A model generated the notes under the pieces. That model did no database searches. It saw only the letters and a program-made list of their open reading frames with translations, and was not told where the DNA came from. DNA of 64,000 nucleotides from Amphiscolops sp. MND2022 (taxonomy: Eukaryota): NCBI GenBank assembly GCA_964187785.1, contig OZ076409.1, positions 8,248,001-8,312,000 of the forward strand, given 5' to 3'. Made by a program: the position numbers and the translations under genes. Every line of letters starts with the position of its first letter. The first letter of the stretch is position 1. Shown here piece by piece: positions 12,075 to 25,593 of this stretch.

Positions 12075-12380
12075 CTGTAAACCAAAAATAACATCACTTA
12101 CTCATAATTGACCTTAATTTACCTATTTAACCAGGTAATTAATGACCTTAATTTAATTCTTAATTTACCTAGATCGGTTGGTATTTTAGAGAAATAATAG
12201 AATAAGAAAATTCTAGAGCTTTATTTATCATGGTTTACGATGTTGTCGGAAAAGAAACTTTAATGGCCTGGCGAGATAATTTCTGAGGATTTGTTTGTTG
12301 AAACTTCATCGAAAATTACAGAAAAGTTCAAAAACGCGTTCTAGGTTGTATTGAAAATGAAGCTGACTTGATGATTGTAC

Positions 12381-12535
12381 CCTGTGATTTGCTGGAAAAG
12401 TCACCGTCCGAGTTTTCAGCCTTGACATCCAGCATTTCTTCATCGCTCAGAGTGCGAATCGCAATCTCGCGACCTTCTCTGAAATCGATGTAGCTCTCCT
12501 CATAATGCTTTTTCCTTTTCCGGTGGAATTCTGCT
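12381..12535 (-). CDS. Gene B exon 4 (phase 2 to 1): inhibitor-2-like helix AEFHRKRKKHYEESYIDFREGREIAIRTLSDEE
   Basis: Acceptor tttttcag|A GCA GAA. Donor G|gtacaa at 12381 (alternative G|gtgact at 12405, same phase). Resembles PPP1R2 FEMKRKLHYNEGLNIKLARQL. Confidence 0.75.
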
Positions 12536-12596
12536 CTGAAAAATTGCAGTTTAAGAGATGGCATTATTAGGGCCAGCAAACCGTCCATGTAGAATG

Positions 12597-13132
12597 AACA
12601 AGCCGAGAACGGCCAAAGTCGGTGCTATATCTAAGACTCAAAATTGTAAAAGGGGACCCTTCACGTTTTGTGAAACTCCAGCTGGTTGCAAAATATGAAA
12701 AAAATCGAAGGGGGACCCTTTGGTGACTTGAAAAAATTTCCCAAAAAATTTCTGAAAAAGTGATTTTTGAACAGTGTCACAGTGCCGAAAAATGTAAAAG
12801 GGGACCCTTTGGGATTTTTTGACATCCATTGTATTGCAAAATATCGAAACAAATGAAGGGGGGACCCTTTGGTGCAATCCAAAAAATTTCAAAAAAAAGT
12901 CGCATAGTGCCGAAAAAAGTGGGGCTGAGGTGGGATCCTTAGTGTGTTTTCGAGGTTCTGGACGTGTTTTGTTTTTTCTTTTCGTTTTGGACGAGTTTCT
13001 GAGTTTTCGAGTGTTTTGAACCTCCATAGTTCAAAATGTTGAACAAATGAACAAAAAAGTGGACATTACGCGTCTAAAAAAACTACCCACTGTAAGAGTC
13101 GAGCACATTTTCTACTAAAATGCGCCGACTAA
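12597..13132 (-). mobile_element. HINE family 1
   Basis: AACAAGCCGAGAACGGC...AGTCGGTGC start, internal AAAGGGG-ACCCTTT repeats, end GAGTCGAGC...GCGCCGACTAA. Confidence 0.75.
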
Positions 13133-13208
13133 CAGAAACTAATGATGGACTGTTTCCGGGATACGTCTCCAGAAAAAAGTTTCAGACTTACAAAAAAGTT
13201 CAACTAAC

Positions 13209-13282
13209 TTTTCGTCGTCTTCTTTTGTGTTTAACTCTACTTCGGATATTTTGGATTGATGGGATTCGTCTTCCGCTTTAAT
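13209..13282 (-). CDS. Gene B exon 3 (phase 0 to 2), acidic IKAEDESHQSKISEVELNTKEDDE(K)
   Basis: Acceptor tttgcattttag|ATT and donor AA|gttagt. 74 nt = 24 codons + 2. Joins exon 4 in frame. Confidence 0.8.
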
Positions 13283-13485
13283 CTAAAATGCAAAATTGCA
13301 AACCATCGAGAAATGTTCACACTGACGAAAAAAGACAGGGCTGAAAAAAGATGACTGAACTGTGTATTGTTGGTTGTAATTGAACGACTCTTATTCTTGT
13401 GTCCAAAATTTTACTTGCTTACTTTTTTTCGGCACAGTCTAATTAATTTACGGCCATCATAATATTGTTTTTATTATTTGTTTAT

Positions 13486-13600
13486 GGGAGCATGGTGTAG
13501 TGGTTAGAGCATTCGGCCTGTACTGGGGCGGTATCAGGTTCGAATCTCTCTCAACTCACCATTGTTGGTCCTTAAGCAAGTCCTTCATCCCTAGCTTAGT
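13486..13600 (+). mobile_element. tRNA-derived SINE head fragment
   Basis: Pol III A box TGGTGTAGTGG and B box GGTTCGAATC, followed by CCTTAAGCAAGTCCTTCATCCC resembling the conserved central block of animal SINEs. No intact cloverleaf. Confidence 0.6.
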
Positions 13601-14649
13601 GGTATGGTTAATGACAAAAAATAACGCATTTGGCGGAGAAAAACAAAACAAAAAAGAGCAACGGTGAGCAGTCAGACCTTTGTGACCTTGAGCAAGTCAC
13701 TTTGAAACCACAGCTTCAAGTCCACCATTACTTGACCACTTGGCTGCAAATATGGTACCATAGCTTGCTATGGGGAGATAGTATCCGAAAGGGCGCCGAC
13801 TTAGAAAAGCAGAACTGCTTATTCGGCGTCCACCCCGCGGTATTGGGGAAATTAACTTCTCTCTATTTCACGTTGAGGAAACTAGCATGTTTTCATGTAG
13901 AAAAACAGCGAAGGTTATAAGAGAAGCAAGCGGCTCACCGCCCATCAAAAACCTTGCTGTTAGAGTTAGATTCTTGGGAAGTTATCTCTACCCTCGAAAT
14001 GAGTTATGAAAAAGTTACTCTCGAAAAGTTATGCGAATAAGATGAACGTCACCGCAGTAAAAAAATCGACAATTTCAGGGAGAACGGGAACTTTTGATTG
14101 AAATATTTTGGAAGCGGTTTTCAGATCCTTGAAACTTTTAGCGCGTTTGGTACCCCGCGGTTCGTCTAGATTCTTCTAAACTGCTTCATACTGTTCATGA
14201 GCAATATTTTTTAGCTCTCAGGGATTCTTTCTGATCAAGTCAAAGAACCTGGAGCATAATGATTTTAAAGACTTTTAAACATTCCTTGTGCCAGAAACAT
14301 TGCTTGTGCGTTCGGAGGTTCAAACCATTGCTTGTGCGAAAATAGATTCGGAGGTATGGGCTCTCGAAAAAATTTTGACCAGCTGTCGCAGTGTAAAAAA
14401 ACCCAACTTTTTTTCAAAAATATGTATCGAAGTGCCACCATATGTCATCTTCGCTTCCGCCATCTGACACTCATTCAGCATCAACTCTGAAAGCACCAAG
14501 TCATAAGTTCAAACAAACTGGTTTGCACCCGAAAAATCAAACATGTTTGCACCCGAGAAATTATACGGAACAGGTTTACACCCGTGAAATCATACGACCA
14601 AAAACCTGCATCTTCATGGATAACCAACAAAATTGAGAGCGAAATTAAA

Positions 14650-17600
14650 AACGTGACAAGTTATTTCACAAATGGATTGAAGATCCCTCTGATGACATTC
14701 GAAATAAGTAGGACGCTATACAGAATAGAATTGCAGAAGAAATCAAAAACGCCAAACGTGAACCTAACTTTTGCAAATTGGGTGACAATCCAACAGTAAA
14801 GAAAGTCTAAAGTTCTCTTAAGTTTCATAAAACGAAAAACCATAAAACAAAAAAACCAAATCATGAAAGACCATGTGTTCATACTCTTAATGATAGCTGT
14901 ACTCAAATTGGGCCAATTTTATCAAATAAGATGAATATTCCATATAAAGATAGCATTCCTAGAAGTTTATCAAAATTGATACCATAGGAAACCACCCCAA
15001 ACGAAGTCTCCAAGATTTTGAAAAGTACAGTACTCGTCCTTTTAGAAACAGTAATGCAATATTGAAGTGCTGCCCACCAATCATTGAAACCTAACTTTGC
15101 ACCTTCAATAATCGATGCATTCAGGAACAGGTGTTTCCACAACAGCAGTTATAGCACTATACAAAAAAGATAACAAACTTTTACCTGAAAACCACCGGCA
15201 CAATAAGTTTGTTGCATTCACGGAGTCTGTGAAGTAAACGGTTACATTCGAAGGAAAATTGATGAAAGAAGTCGTGACAATTCTTGTTTCATTGATATCA
15301 GAAACACATTCGACACCTTACATCAAAAAATATTACTTTTGATGATGACAATTGTGGCTTTAAAGGACCGATATAGAGTCTCAAGGCGAACTATATGTCA
15401 GACCGTTGGCAATACGTAATCCATGATGAAATCAAATCTACAATGAAGTCGATTAGTACAGGTGTCCCACAACGATCATTTTTGGGCACTTCTTGTTTCT
15501 TTTATATATGAACGACTTAGCATAAACCTGTGAAAACAGTAAAACTTATCTTTTGCGGATGATACATCAGTATGCAATATGAATAAAAACTCGGGAAACG
15601 AAATGACCGTTGATATCCAAAAACAACATCTTGGTTTAAACGGAATAAAATAACAGTCAACTGAAGAATGCGGATCTATTGGATCCCGAATTGCGTTACC
15701 AGTGAATAAAAATGCCTTTGGCCAAAAGTTGAGTTGATAAACAGTTGTAAATACTTGGGAATTTCATTTGACAGAAAGCTAGTTAGATTAAAAAAATCAT
15801 ATCGAAATGATCAGAAAGAAGTTAAACAGATTTTGTGGAATAATTTACAAGATACACGAATTGTACCCAAGAAAATGTCTCACTTTTGTCTAAAATTCCT
15901 ACGCTAAGTTTATTTAAATTATGGTCTGCTTGCTTTCGGAGCCACTACAAATGCAAGTTTGGAACTAATTGGGAAAGCTCAGGGGAGGATTGTTTGAGCT
16001 ATGTCTTTTCAAACAATCCGACTCGGTAACCTATGTAATGGAAGAAAATCAGCTGCAACAGTTTTCGAACATCAAATGTACGAATTGTTCCATGAACTGA
16101 TCAACGAAAACAGAAGATTTTCACCAACAACATTTTAGAAATAATTTTTATGCTGCAAAAGTGAACACATGAAGTAGAGAAAAAGGGTTGATTACATCGG
16201 TTTAATTCCGTAGAAAACTCTATCAAACTCAATTGAAAGTATCAAATTTAGAATTCTATTAATGGTTAAAAGAAAAGGGTTTGCTACCAGAAAATATCAA
16301 AAAATTGAATGATGCTAGTTGTTCAGCGCTCAGTAAACAAATCTATTTTGGCCAAAAATTGAGTTGATAAACAGTTGGAAGTACTTGGGAATTTCATTTG
16401 ACAGTAAGCTAGTTAGATTAAAAAAATCATATCAAAATGATCACAAAGAAGTTAAACAGATTTTGTGGAATAATTTACAAGATACGCGAATTGTACCCAA
16501 GAAAATGTCCCACTTTTGTCTATTATTCCCACGCTCAATCTATTATAAATTATGGTCTGCTGGCTTTCGGAGCCACTACAAAAGCAAGTTTAGAACTAGT
16601 TGGGAAAGCTCAGGGGAGGATTTTTTGAGCTACGTCTTTCCAAACAATCCGACTCGCTAACCTATATAATGGACGAAAATCAGCTGCAAACAGTTTTCAA
16701 ACTTCACATCTACGAGTTGTTCCATGAACTGATCAACGAAAACAGAGGATTTTCACCAATAACATTTTAGAAATATTTTTTGCCGCAAAAGTGAACACAA
16801 GAAGTAGAGAAAAAAGGACTGATACCATCGGTTTAAACCCGTAGAAAACTCTATCAAACTCAATTGAAAATATCAATTTTAAAAGTCTATATTTGGTTAA
16901 AAGAAAAAGGGTTTGCTACCAGAAAAGATCAAAAAATTGAATGATGCCAGTTGTTCAGCGCTTAGTAAGCAAATCTGTTTCAGCCAAAAGTTGAGTTGAT
17001 AAACAGTTGGAAGTACTTGGGAATTTCATTTGACAGTAAGCTAGTTAGATTAAAAAATCATATCAAAATGAGCAGAAAGAAGTTAAACAGATTTTGTGGA
17101 ATAATTTACCAGATACGCGAATTGTACCCAAGACAATGTATCACTTTTGTCTATAATTCCTACGCTAAATCTATTATAAATTAAGGTTTGCTGGCTTCCG
17201 GAGCCACTACATAAGCAAGTTTAGAACTAATTGGGAAAGCTAAGCGGAGGCTTTTTCGAGCTATGTCTTTTCGAACAATCCGACTCGCTAACCTTTATAA
17301 TGGAAGAAAATCAGCTGCAACAGTCGTCGAACATCACATGTACGAATTGTTCTATGAACTGATTAACGAAAACAGAGGATTTTCAGCAAAAACATTTTAG
17401 AAATGTTTTTTTGCCGCAAAAGTCAACACAAGAAGTAGAGAAAAAAGAACTGATACCATCGGTTTAAACCTGTAGAAAACTCGATCAAACTCAATTGAAA
17501 ATATCAAACTTAAAACTCTATATTTGATTAAAAGAAAAAGTGTTTGCTACCAGAAAATATCAAGAAATTGAATGATGCTAATTGTTCAGCGCTTAGTAAG

Positions 17601-20600
17601 CAAATCTATTTTGGCCAAAAGTTGAGTTGATAAACAGTTGGAAATACTTGGGAATTTCATTTCACAGTAAGCTAGTTAGATTAAAAAACATATCAAAATG
17701 ATCACAAGAAGTTAAACAGATTTTGTGGAATAATTTACAAGATACGCGAATTGTACCCGAGAAAATGTCTCACTTTTGTTTATAATTCCTACGCTCAATC
17801 TATTATAAATTATGATCTGCAGGTTTTCGGAGCCACTACAAAAGCAAGTTTAGAACTAATTGGGAAAGCTCAGGGGAGGATTTTTTGAGCTATGTCTTTT
17901 CAAGCAATCCGACTCGCTATATAACAACCTATATAATGGAAGAAAACCAGTTGCAACAGTTTTCGAACATCACATGTACGAATTGTTCTATGAACTGATC
18001 AACGAAAACAGGATTTTCACCAATAACATTTTAGAAATATTTTTTTGCCGCAAAAGTGAACACTAGAAGTAGAGGAAAAAGGACTGATACCATCGGTTTA
18101 AACACGTAGAAAACTCTATCAAACTCAATTGAAAATATCAATTTTAAAACTCTATATTCGGTTAAGAGAAAAAGGGTTTGCTACCAGAAAATATCAAAAA
18201 ATTGAATGATGCTAGTTGTTCAGCGCTTAGTAAGCAAATCTGTTTCAGCCAAAAGTTGAGTTGATAAACAGTTGGAAGTACTTGGGAATTTCATTTGACA
18301 GTAAGCTAGTTAGAATAAAAAATCATATCAAAATGATCAGAAAGAAGTTAAACAGATTTTGTGGAATAATTTACCAGATACGCGAATTGTACCCAAGACA
18401 ATGTCTCACTTTTGTCTATACTTCCTACGCTCAATCTATGATAAATTATGATCTGCTGGCTTTCGGAGCCACAACAAAAGCAAGTTTAGAACTAATTGGG
18501 AAAGCTCAGGGGAGGATTTTTTGAGCTATGTCTTTTCAAACAATCTGACTCGCTATATAACAACCTATATAATGGAAGAAAATCAGCTGCAACAGTTTTC
18601 GAACATCACATGTACGAATTGTTCTATGAACTGATCAACGAAAACAGGATTTTCACCAATAACATTTTAGAAATATTTTTTTGCCGCAAAATTGAACACT
18701 AGAAGAAGAGGAAAAGGACTGATACCATCGGTTTAAACACGTAGAAAACTCTATCAAACTCAATTGAAAATATCAATTTTAAAACTCTATATTTGATTAA
18801 GAGAAAAAGGGTTTGCTACCAGAAAATATCAAAAAATTGAATGATGCTAGTTGTTCAGCGCTTAGTAAGCAAATCTGTTTCAGCCAAAAGTTGAGTTGAT
18901 AAACAGTTGGAAGTACTTGGGAATTTCATTTGACAGTAAGCTAGTTAGAATAAAAAATCATATCAAAATGATCAGAAAGACGTTAAACAGATTTTGTGGA
19001 ATGATTTACCAGATACGCGAATTGTACCCAAGACAATGTCTCATTTTTGTCTATAATTCCTACCCTTAATCTAATATGAATTATGGTCTGCTGGCTTCCG
19101 GAGCTACTACATAAGCAAGTTTAGAACTAATTGGGAAAACTAAACGGAGGATTTTTCGAGCTATGTCTTTTCAAACAATCCGACTCGCTAACCTATATAA
19201 TGGAAGAAAATCAGCTGCAACAGTCTTCGAACATCACATGTACGAATTGTTCTATGAACTGATCAACGAAAACAGAGAGTTTTCACCAATAACATTTTAG
19301 AAATGTTTTTTTGCTGCAAAAGTCAACACAAGAAGTAGAGAAAAAAGAACTGATACCATCGGTTTAAACCCGTAGAAAACTCGATCAAACTCAATTGAAA
19401 ATATCAAATTTAAAACTCTATATTTGATTAAAAGAAAAAGGGTTTGCTACCAGAAAATATCAAGAAATTGAATGATGCTAGTTGTTCAGCGTTTAGTAAG
19501 CAAATCTATTTTGGCCAAAAGTTGAGTTGATAAACAGTTGGAAATACTTGGGAATTCCATTTGACAGTAAGCTAGTTAGATTTAAAAAATCATATCAAAA
19601 AGATCACAAAGAAGTTAAACAGATTTTGTGGAATAATTTACAAGATACGCGACTTGTACCCGAGAAAATGTCTCACTTTTGTATATAATTCCTTCGCTAA
19701 GTCTATTATAAATTTTGGTCTTCTGGCTTTCGGAGCCACTACAAAAGCAAGTTTAGAACTAATTGGGAAAGCTCAGGGGAGGATTTTTTGAGCTACGTCT
19801 TTTCAAACAATCCGAATCGCTAACCTATATAAAGGAAGAAAATCAGCTGCAAAAGTTTTCGAACATCACATGTACGAATTGTTCTATGAACTGATCAACG
19901 TAAACAGAGAGTTTTCACCAATAACATTTTAGAAATGTTTTTTGCCGCAAAAGTCAACACAAGAAGTAGAGAAAAAAGAACTGATACCATCGGTTTAAAC
20001 CCGTAGAAAACTCGATCAAACTCAATTGAAAATATCAAATTTAAAACTCTATATTTGATTAAAAGAAAAAGGGTTTGCTACCAGAAAATATCAAGAAATT
20101 GAATGATGCTAGTTGTTCAGCGCTTAGTAAGCAAATCTATTTTGGCCAAAAGTTGAGTTGATAAACAGTTGGAAATACTTGGGAATTTCATTTGACAGTA
20201 AGCTAGTTAGATTTAAAAAATCATATCAAAAAGATCACAAAGAAGTTAAACGGATTTTGTGGAATAATTTACAAGATACGCGAATTGTACCCAAGACAAT
20301 GTCTCACTTTTGTCTATAATTCCTACGCTAAATCTATTATAAATTATGGTCTGCTGGCTTCCGGAGCCACTACAAAAGCAAGTTTAGAACTAATTGGGAA
20401 AGCTCAGGGGAGGATTTTTTGAGCTACGTCTTTTCAAACAATCCGACTCGCTAACCTATATAAAGGAAGAAAATCAGCTGCAAAAGTTTTCGAACATCAC
20501 ATGTACGAATTGTTCTATGAACTGATCAACGTAAACAGAGAGTTTTCACCAATAACATTTTAGAAATGTTTTTTGCCGCAAAAGTCAACACAAGAAGTAG

Positions 20601-22230
20601 AGAAAAAAGAACTGAAACCATCGGTTTAAACCCGTAGAAAACTCGATCAAACTCAATTGAAAATATCAAATTTAAAACTCTATATTTGATTAAAAGAAAA
20701 AAGGTTCGCTACCAGAAAATATCAAGAAATTGAATGATGCTAGTTGTTCAGCGCTTAGTAAGCAAATCTATTTTGGCCAAAAGTTGAGTTGATAAACAGT
20801 TGGAAATACTTGGGAATTTCATTCGACAGTAAGCTAGTTAGATTTAAAAAATCATATCAAAAAGATCACAAAGAAGTTAAACAGATTTTGTGGAATAATT
20901 TACAAGATACGAGAATGGTACCCGAGAAAATGTCTCACTTTTGTCTATATTTCCTACGCTAAGTCTATTATAAATTTTGGTCTTCTGGCTTTCGGAGCCA
21001 CTACAAAAGCAAGTTTAGAACTAATTGGGAAAGCTCAGGGGAGGATTTTTTGAGATACGTCTTTTCAAACAATCCGACTCGCTAACCTATATAAAGGAAG
21101 AAAATCAGCTGCAAAAGTTTTCGAACATCACATGTACGAATTGTTCTATGAACTGATCAACGTAAACAGAGGATTTTCACCAATAAAATTTTAGAAATAT
21201 TTTTTTCCCGCAAAAGTGAACACAAGAAGTAGAGAAAAAAGGACTGATACCATCGGTTTAAACCCGTAGAAAACTCTATCAATCTCAATTGAAACAATCA
21301 ATTTTAAAACTCTATTTTTGGTTGAAAGAAAAAGGGTTTGCTACCAGAAAATATCAAAAAATTGAATGATGCTAGCTGTTCATCGCTTAGTAAGCAAATC
21401 TATTTTGGCCAAAAGTTGAGTTGATAAACAGTTGGAAATACTTGGGAATTTCATTTGACAGTAAGCTAGTTAGATTTAAAAATTCATATCAAAATGACCA
21501 CAAAGAAGTTAAACAGATTTTGTGGAATAATTTACAAGATACGCGAATTGTACCCAAGACAATGTCTCACTTTTGTCTATAATTCCTACGCTAAGTCTAT
21601 TATAATATATGGTCTGCTGGTTGTCGGAGCCACTACAAAAGCAAGTTTAGAACTAATTGGGAAAGCTCAGGGGAGGATTTTTCGAGCTATGTCTTTTTAA
21701 ACAATCCGACTCGCTAACCTATATAATGGAGGAAAATCAGCTGCAACAGTTTTCGAACATCACATGTACGAATTGTTCCATGAACTTATCAACGAAAACA
21801 GAGGATTTTCACCAATACCATTTTAGAAATATTTTTTTTGCCGCAAAAGTGAACACAAGAAGTAGAGAAAAAAGGACTGATACCATCGGTTTAAACCCGT
21901 AGAAAACTCTATCAAACACAATTGAAAATATCGAATTTAAAACTCTATAATTGGGTAAAAGAAAAAGGGTTTGCTACCATATAATAGCGAAACATTAAAC
22001 GATGTTCAGCGCTCAGTAAACAAATCTATTGTATATAAATTACCAATACCAGAGACTTACACAATATATTCTACTAGGTCGAATTATTAAAATATCTCCT
22101 GAAAAATAACTTTGTGGGTTCTCAGGGCGGGAGCAAACAGTTGGAAAACTTACTTCCCGTCCTTGTTGATTGTAATATTACCTCTGTAATTTTATTTTCA
22201 ACGAAATAATTCTAACTTTTAACCTTAATC
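14650..22230 (+). mobile_element. Decayed non-LTR retrotransposon (CR1/L2-like RT), 5' boundary approximate
   Basis: Degraded RT motifs in order: ENHR..ISL (~15187), FIDIRNTFDT (~15287), GVPQRSFLG (~15461), FADDT (~15552), KYLGISFD (~15749). 3' UTR stem-loop GGGCGGGAG...CTTCCCGTCC (~22125-22162) and short-repeat tail. Confidence 0.8.
15719..22030 (+). repeat. Tandem array of 10 ~632-bp units derived from the LINE RT C-terminal region
   Basis: Unit marker GCCAAAA(G/A)TTGAGTTGATAAACAG at ~15720, 16350, 16983, 17613, 18248, 18883, 19514, 20145, 20776 and 21408. Confidence 0.95.
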
Positions 22231-23994
22231 TTCAATTCACAGCGTAACAAAAGAAGGTGCAACAGGTTTTTTCCTTTCCCCCACACTGTTGTAGATGATA
22301 TTGTTTCAGCAAATAACTTGCTCTCAATTGAGTTTTAAATGAAACTTATCACGTGATTTCAAATCATTATTCTCCTTTTTAACATTGAAAAATCTTTTGA
22401 AAATTGGTTCTTCTCAATTCCCGTTTCATTCGGATTCGCAAAAATGAAATTCCCAAAATTGCCTGTTAGCCTGAACGAAAACAAAGAAGCTGTCAAATTT
22501 TCTCTGTATGAATTCATGTGGAGACAACAAAACAAAGCGAAATATATCAAAACAGTTGAAGATCTAACAGTTGAAGATCTGTTAAACTATATAGTCAAAT
22601 CTAGTCCTTCATGTTGAATGTTTTCTTTGAAAGTGTGAGGGAAAGAGCCTGTACCTCTATCAATATCTGTTTCCTACTAATACAGTACCCGTCCAAAAAA
22701 GACAAACCATCGAGCTCCCAAAACTGGTAAGAAATTGGCAAAAAATCTGGTAAAAATCGTTTGGTTCATTATTTTCCAATTGTCCACCCAAACAAGTTTT
22801 TGTAGTTATAGTGTAGGGGGTGTTCGGCACACAAACTAAACAATCATGGCTTTTCATGGTAACCTTGAAAGCGTAGTACCTCGAATTACTCTTACGTAAC
22901 TGTTCTCTTCGTTTTTAACAAGTCCTTAAAAATCATTCAGTTTTCGTGCTTTGATTTTGCCATGACAAAGAGGTTTCGAGTTTCGTATTTACCAACGACC
23001 GTATCATTTCGGTCGTTCGAGCTCTTTTTCGGGTTCAATGTTTACAGTCGCCTACTGAACTGGTCCTCGCTCGATTTCGGGTATAGTTTGAACGTTTGCC
23101 GGTCCATATCAGTCACTTGATTGACATCTCAACTTTTTTCATAGTGAAGTGCCTTCAGTTCAAACGTTACGTAATTTGATCATCTTTCATTCAGTTCACA
23201 CGCCATACAGAAATAATGCTTTTGTGCAGCATGTTCAAATGTCTTGAATCGGTGAAAAGCTGATTCAACATGCGTTACTTTTTCACGGGTTTCAATCAAA
23301 AAGTCATACAGAATGTTCCTTCCCAGACAGCGACCTACCGGTTAAATCACCCTAAACGTTTTGATAATACCTTCCTAAAGGACATTTTTTGGTTGAAATA
23401 ACTTGGGAAATAGGCACTGCTCGGGTCAATGCAACATTAATCAATCACGAAGCCATAGTTCCCATTACATTGGAGATCTCTAACTTATCTTCAATTCATC
23501 GACTAGTGTAAACCAACTTTTCTTTATACTTGAAAAACGAATCAATTAATTCTTCAATTCATTCCTCATCCTTTTTTTGCCCCAAAGTTAACAGTCACGA
23601 GCCCCCATTGTGCACGCGGGCACCAACAGGGGGAGGAAAATTATAAATTGTATTGCGTTTTTTTTTCCAAATGCTGCCAAATCTCCACTTTGTACTCAAT
23701 TTTCTATTTAATATTGCGTTATACAAAGCAGGAGGCGGAGGTTCAAAAACAAGCACTCCCATTTGTCCCAGCACCCTATATCCGAACTTTTAACTTTAAA
23801 TCCGAAGTTAATTGTGTTTTACTACGGAGGAAGCGAAGGTTCGACACAATTCCGCTATATCCGAGTTTTGACGTTATATCCGAAGTAAACTGCGTTTTAC
23901 CAAAAGGGGGTAAATTTTCGATTAAGTGTCTATTGTTAGTCAATTGAAAGCGGAAAGTATTCCGGTGCATAGCGGGCGTCTTGTTTATACTAAC

Positions 23995-24636
23995 CAGTCC
24001 TACGCTTTTGTTGAACTCAATGCGTTGCTTAGTTGGTGTCTCATTCTGGTCATGGTCTGATTCTGGTCTGGGGTCAACGGAGGCTGACCTCTTCTCCTGC
24101 TCGGGAGTCTTGCTGCTCTTAGATGTCGAGAAGCTGCTTCCAGGAGTGGTGGTTTCATCCCTAGAGCCTCTTTTCTGTCACCCCCCCCCCCCCTCAACAA
24201 GATTCCTCAAAAATTTGAAAGTAAATTTCTTTAAAAAGGGCAGACTTGCCTAATTAATTAAAAATGAAACCTTCTTTCAAAACATGAAAATAACGTCTAT
24301 TGGAATAGTTTTTTGTTGGTACGAATTGTTTAAACACATTTTGGAGTCATGATATAATTATATTCAAAATAACAGTTTTTTGTGATTCAAAACAGGAAGC
24401 TGTTGATTTCTTCATCAAAAATGCGTGGCTTCATATGCAAAAATAGCGTGAACAAAGTTTTATCTCATTTCTAATCAGTCACCTGAGAAATAAGTTTAAA
24501 ATTGAAGGTTTCTGGTTTGTATTCATGTCTGTTATAATATTTTTAGGTAATTTTCCAAAAAATTAAAAATTGGTTGTGGGGTTAACAGAAAAGAGCCTCC
24601 CTAGATTTTGAACTCCAGGGCCGTGTCGATTCTCTG
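23995..24636 (-). CDS. Gene B exon 2 (phase 2 to 0), interrupted by a MITE; RESTRPWSSKSR/DETTTPGS...TPTKQRIEFNKSVGL
   Basis: Acceptor ttttttcag|C AGA and donor CTG|gttagt. Removing the MITE plus one TSD (440 nt) leaves 202 nt = 1 + 67 open codons. Contains canonical RVxF-type RIEF. Confidence 0.65.
24166..24597. mobile_element. Merlin-like MITE with perfect 8-bp TSD TCCCTAGA, inside exon 2 of Gene B
   Basis: TIRs GCCTCTTTTCTGTCACCCC / GGGGTTAACAGAAAAGAGCC. TSD at 24158-24165 and 24598-24605. Same family as 2490-2901, opposite orientation. Confidence 0.9.
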
Positions 24637-25593
24637 CTGAAAAAACTTCCCATTAGACACATTCAATGAAATGTGTCTAGATGTGCTTCCCTGGATGTGG
24701 GGCATTTGCTTCCGATGTTTTGTACAATTAACAGAAAATCATGGAACATTTTTTCACCCTTAAAAACACTGATTGTAGAAAAAAGCAATAGTAAAAACTG
24801 ACGTGAGCTTTCAGTAGAATCCGAAAAATTCTCAAAATTGATGGCACAAATTTCGAAGCAAATGCTGTTGCAACGAGTTTCAACTTCCAATGAGGAAACA
24901 ATGAAATCACGGCCAATTATGCAATTTTGAATAGTGAAAAGCAATGAAAATGTTGGTTTTACATAGTAAGTAGACTGTGATTAATGATGTTTCATCAAAA
25001 CAGTCCCATTCAATTTCATTCAAAAGTTTCATGTTTTTGTATGGCTGCAGTTCTAACTGCGATCAACGTGAAGGCTATTAGGAGTTCAGTGATGTTTTAC
25101 TTCTGAAGCAGAGTTCCAAAAAAATCTTTGAAAAACCTTTAAAAATTGCTCAAAACGGTAAAATTCAAATCTATATATCTCGAAATCTGCCATAGGTACA
25201 AGAAAAATGTCAGCTAGGAAACTTTCTCAAGAATTTTACCTAGTTCACAAAAAAACTTTTTTGAGATTTATACGACCCTTGTTAAAAGAGTTATAAGTTG
25301 CAAATTTTGGAAAAACTTGGCTCAAGTTTGAGTTCTTTTTCAAAAGTTTTCAGAAATTTTGTTTATTCAGACTCCTTACAACCTGAACCCCCTGAATAGT
25401 CTTTGGTAAAAAAAGTTTTCGCAATAGAAAAGTTATTCATTATTTGCAACCGAAAAATACCAGCAACCCCAGGAGGTTTGGGGGCTAATCATCGGCAGAA
25501 AGGAAATTTATTTTTGATTTTCTTGCAAACTAAAAAAACTGCCATTTCGATTGAGTTTTGTCCCAAACTTACTATTTCTATATTCTGTCATTT

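Noticed and set aside
13486..13560. Functional tRNA gene
   Set aside because: A and B boxes are present, but the acceptor and anticodon stems do not pair and SINE-like sequence follows.
13681..13703. MIR/CORE-SINE core (TGTGACCTTGAGCAAGTCACTT)
   Set aside because: Short match lying within a segment that ends in a HINE-type GCGCCGACT plus stem-loop (~13793-13823); not separable from chance.
16364..21902. Family of small repeated genes (MINSWKYLG..., MGKLRGG...)
   Set aside because: Fragments and alternative frames of the amplified LINE RT tail.
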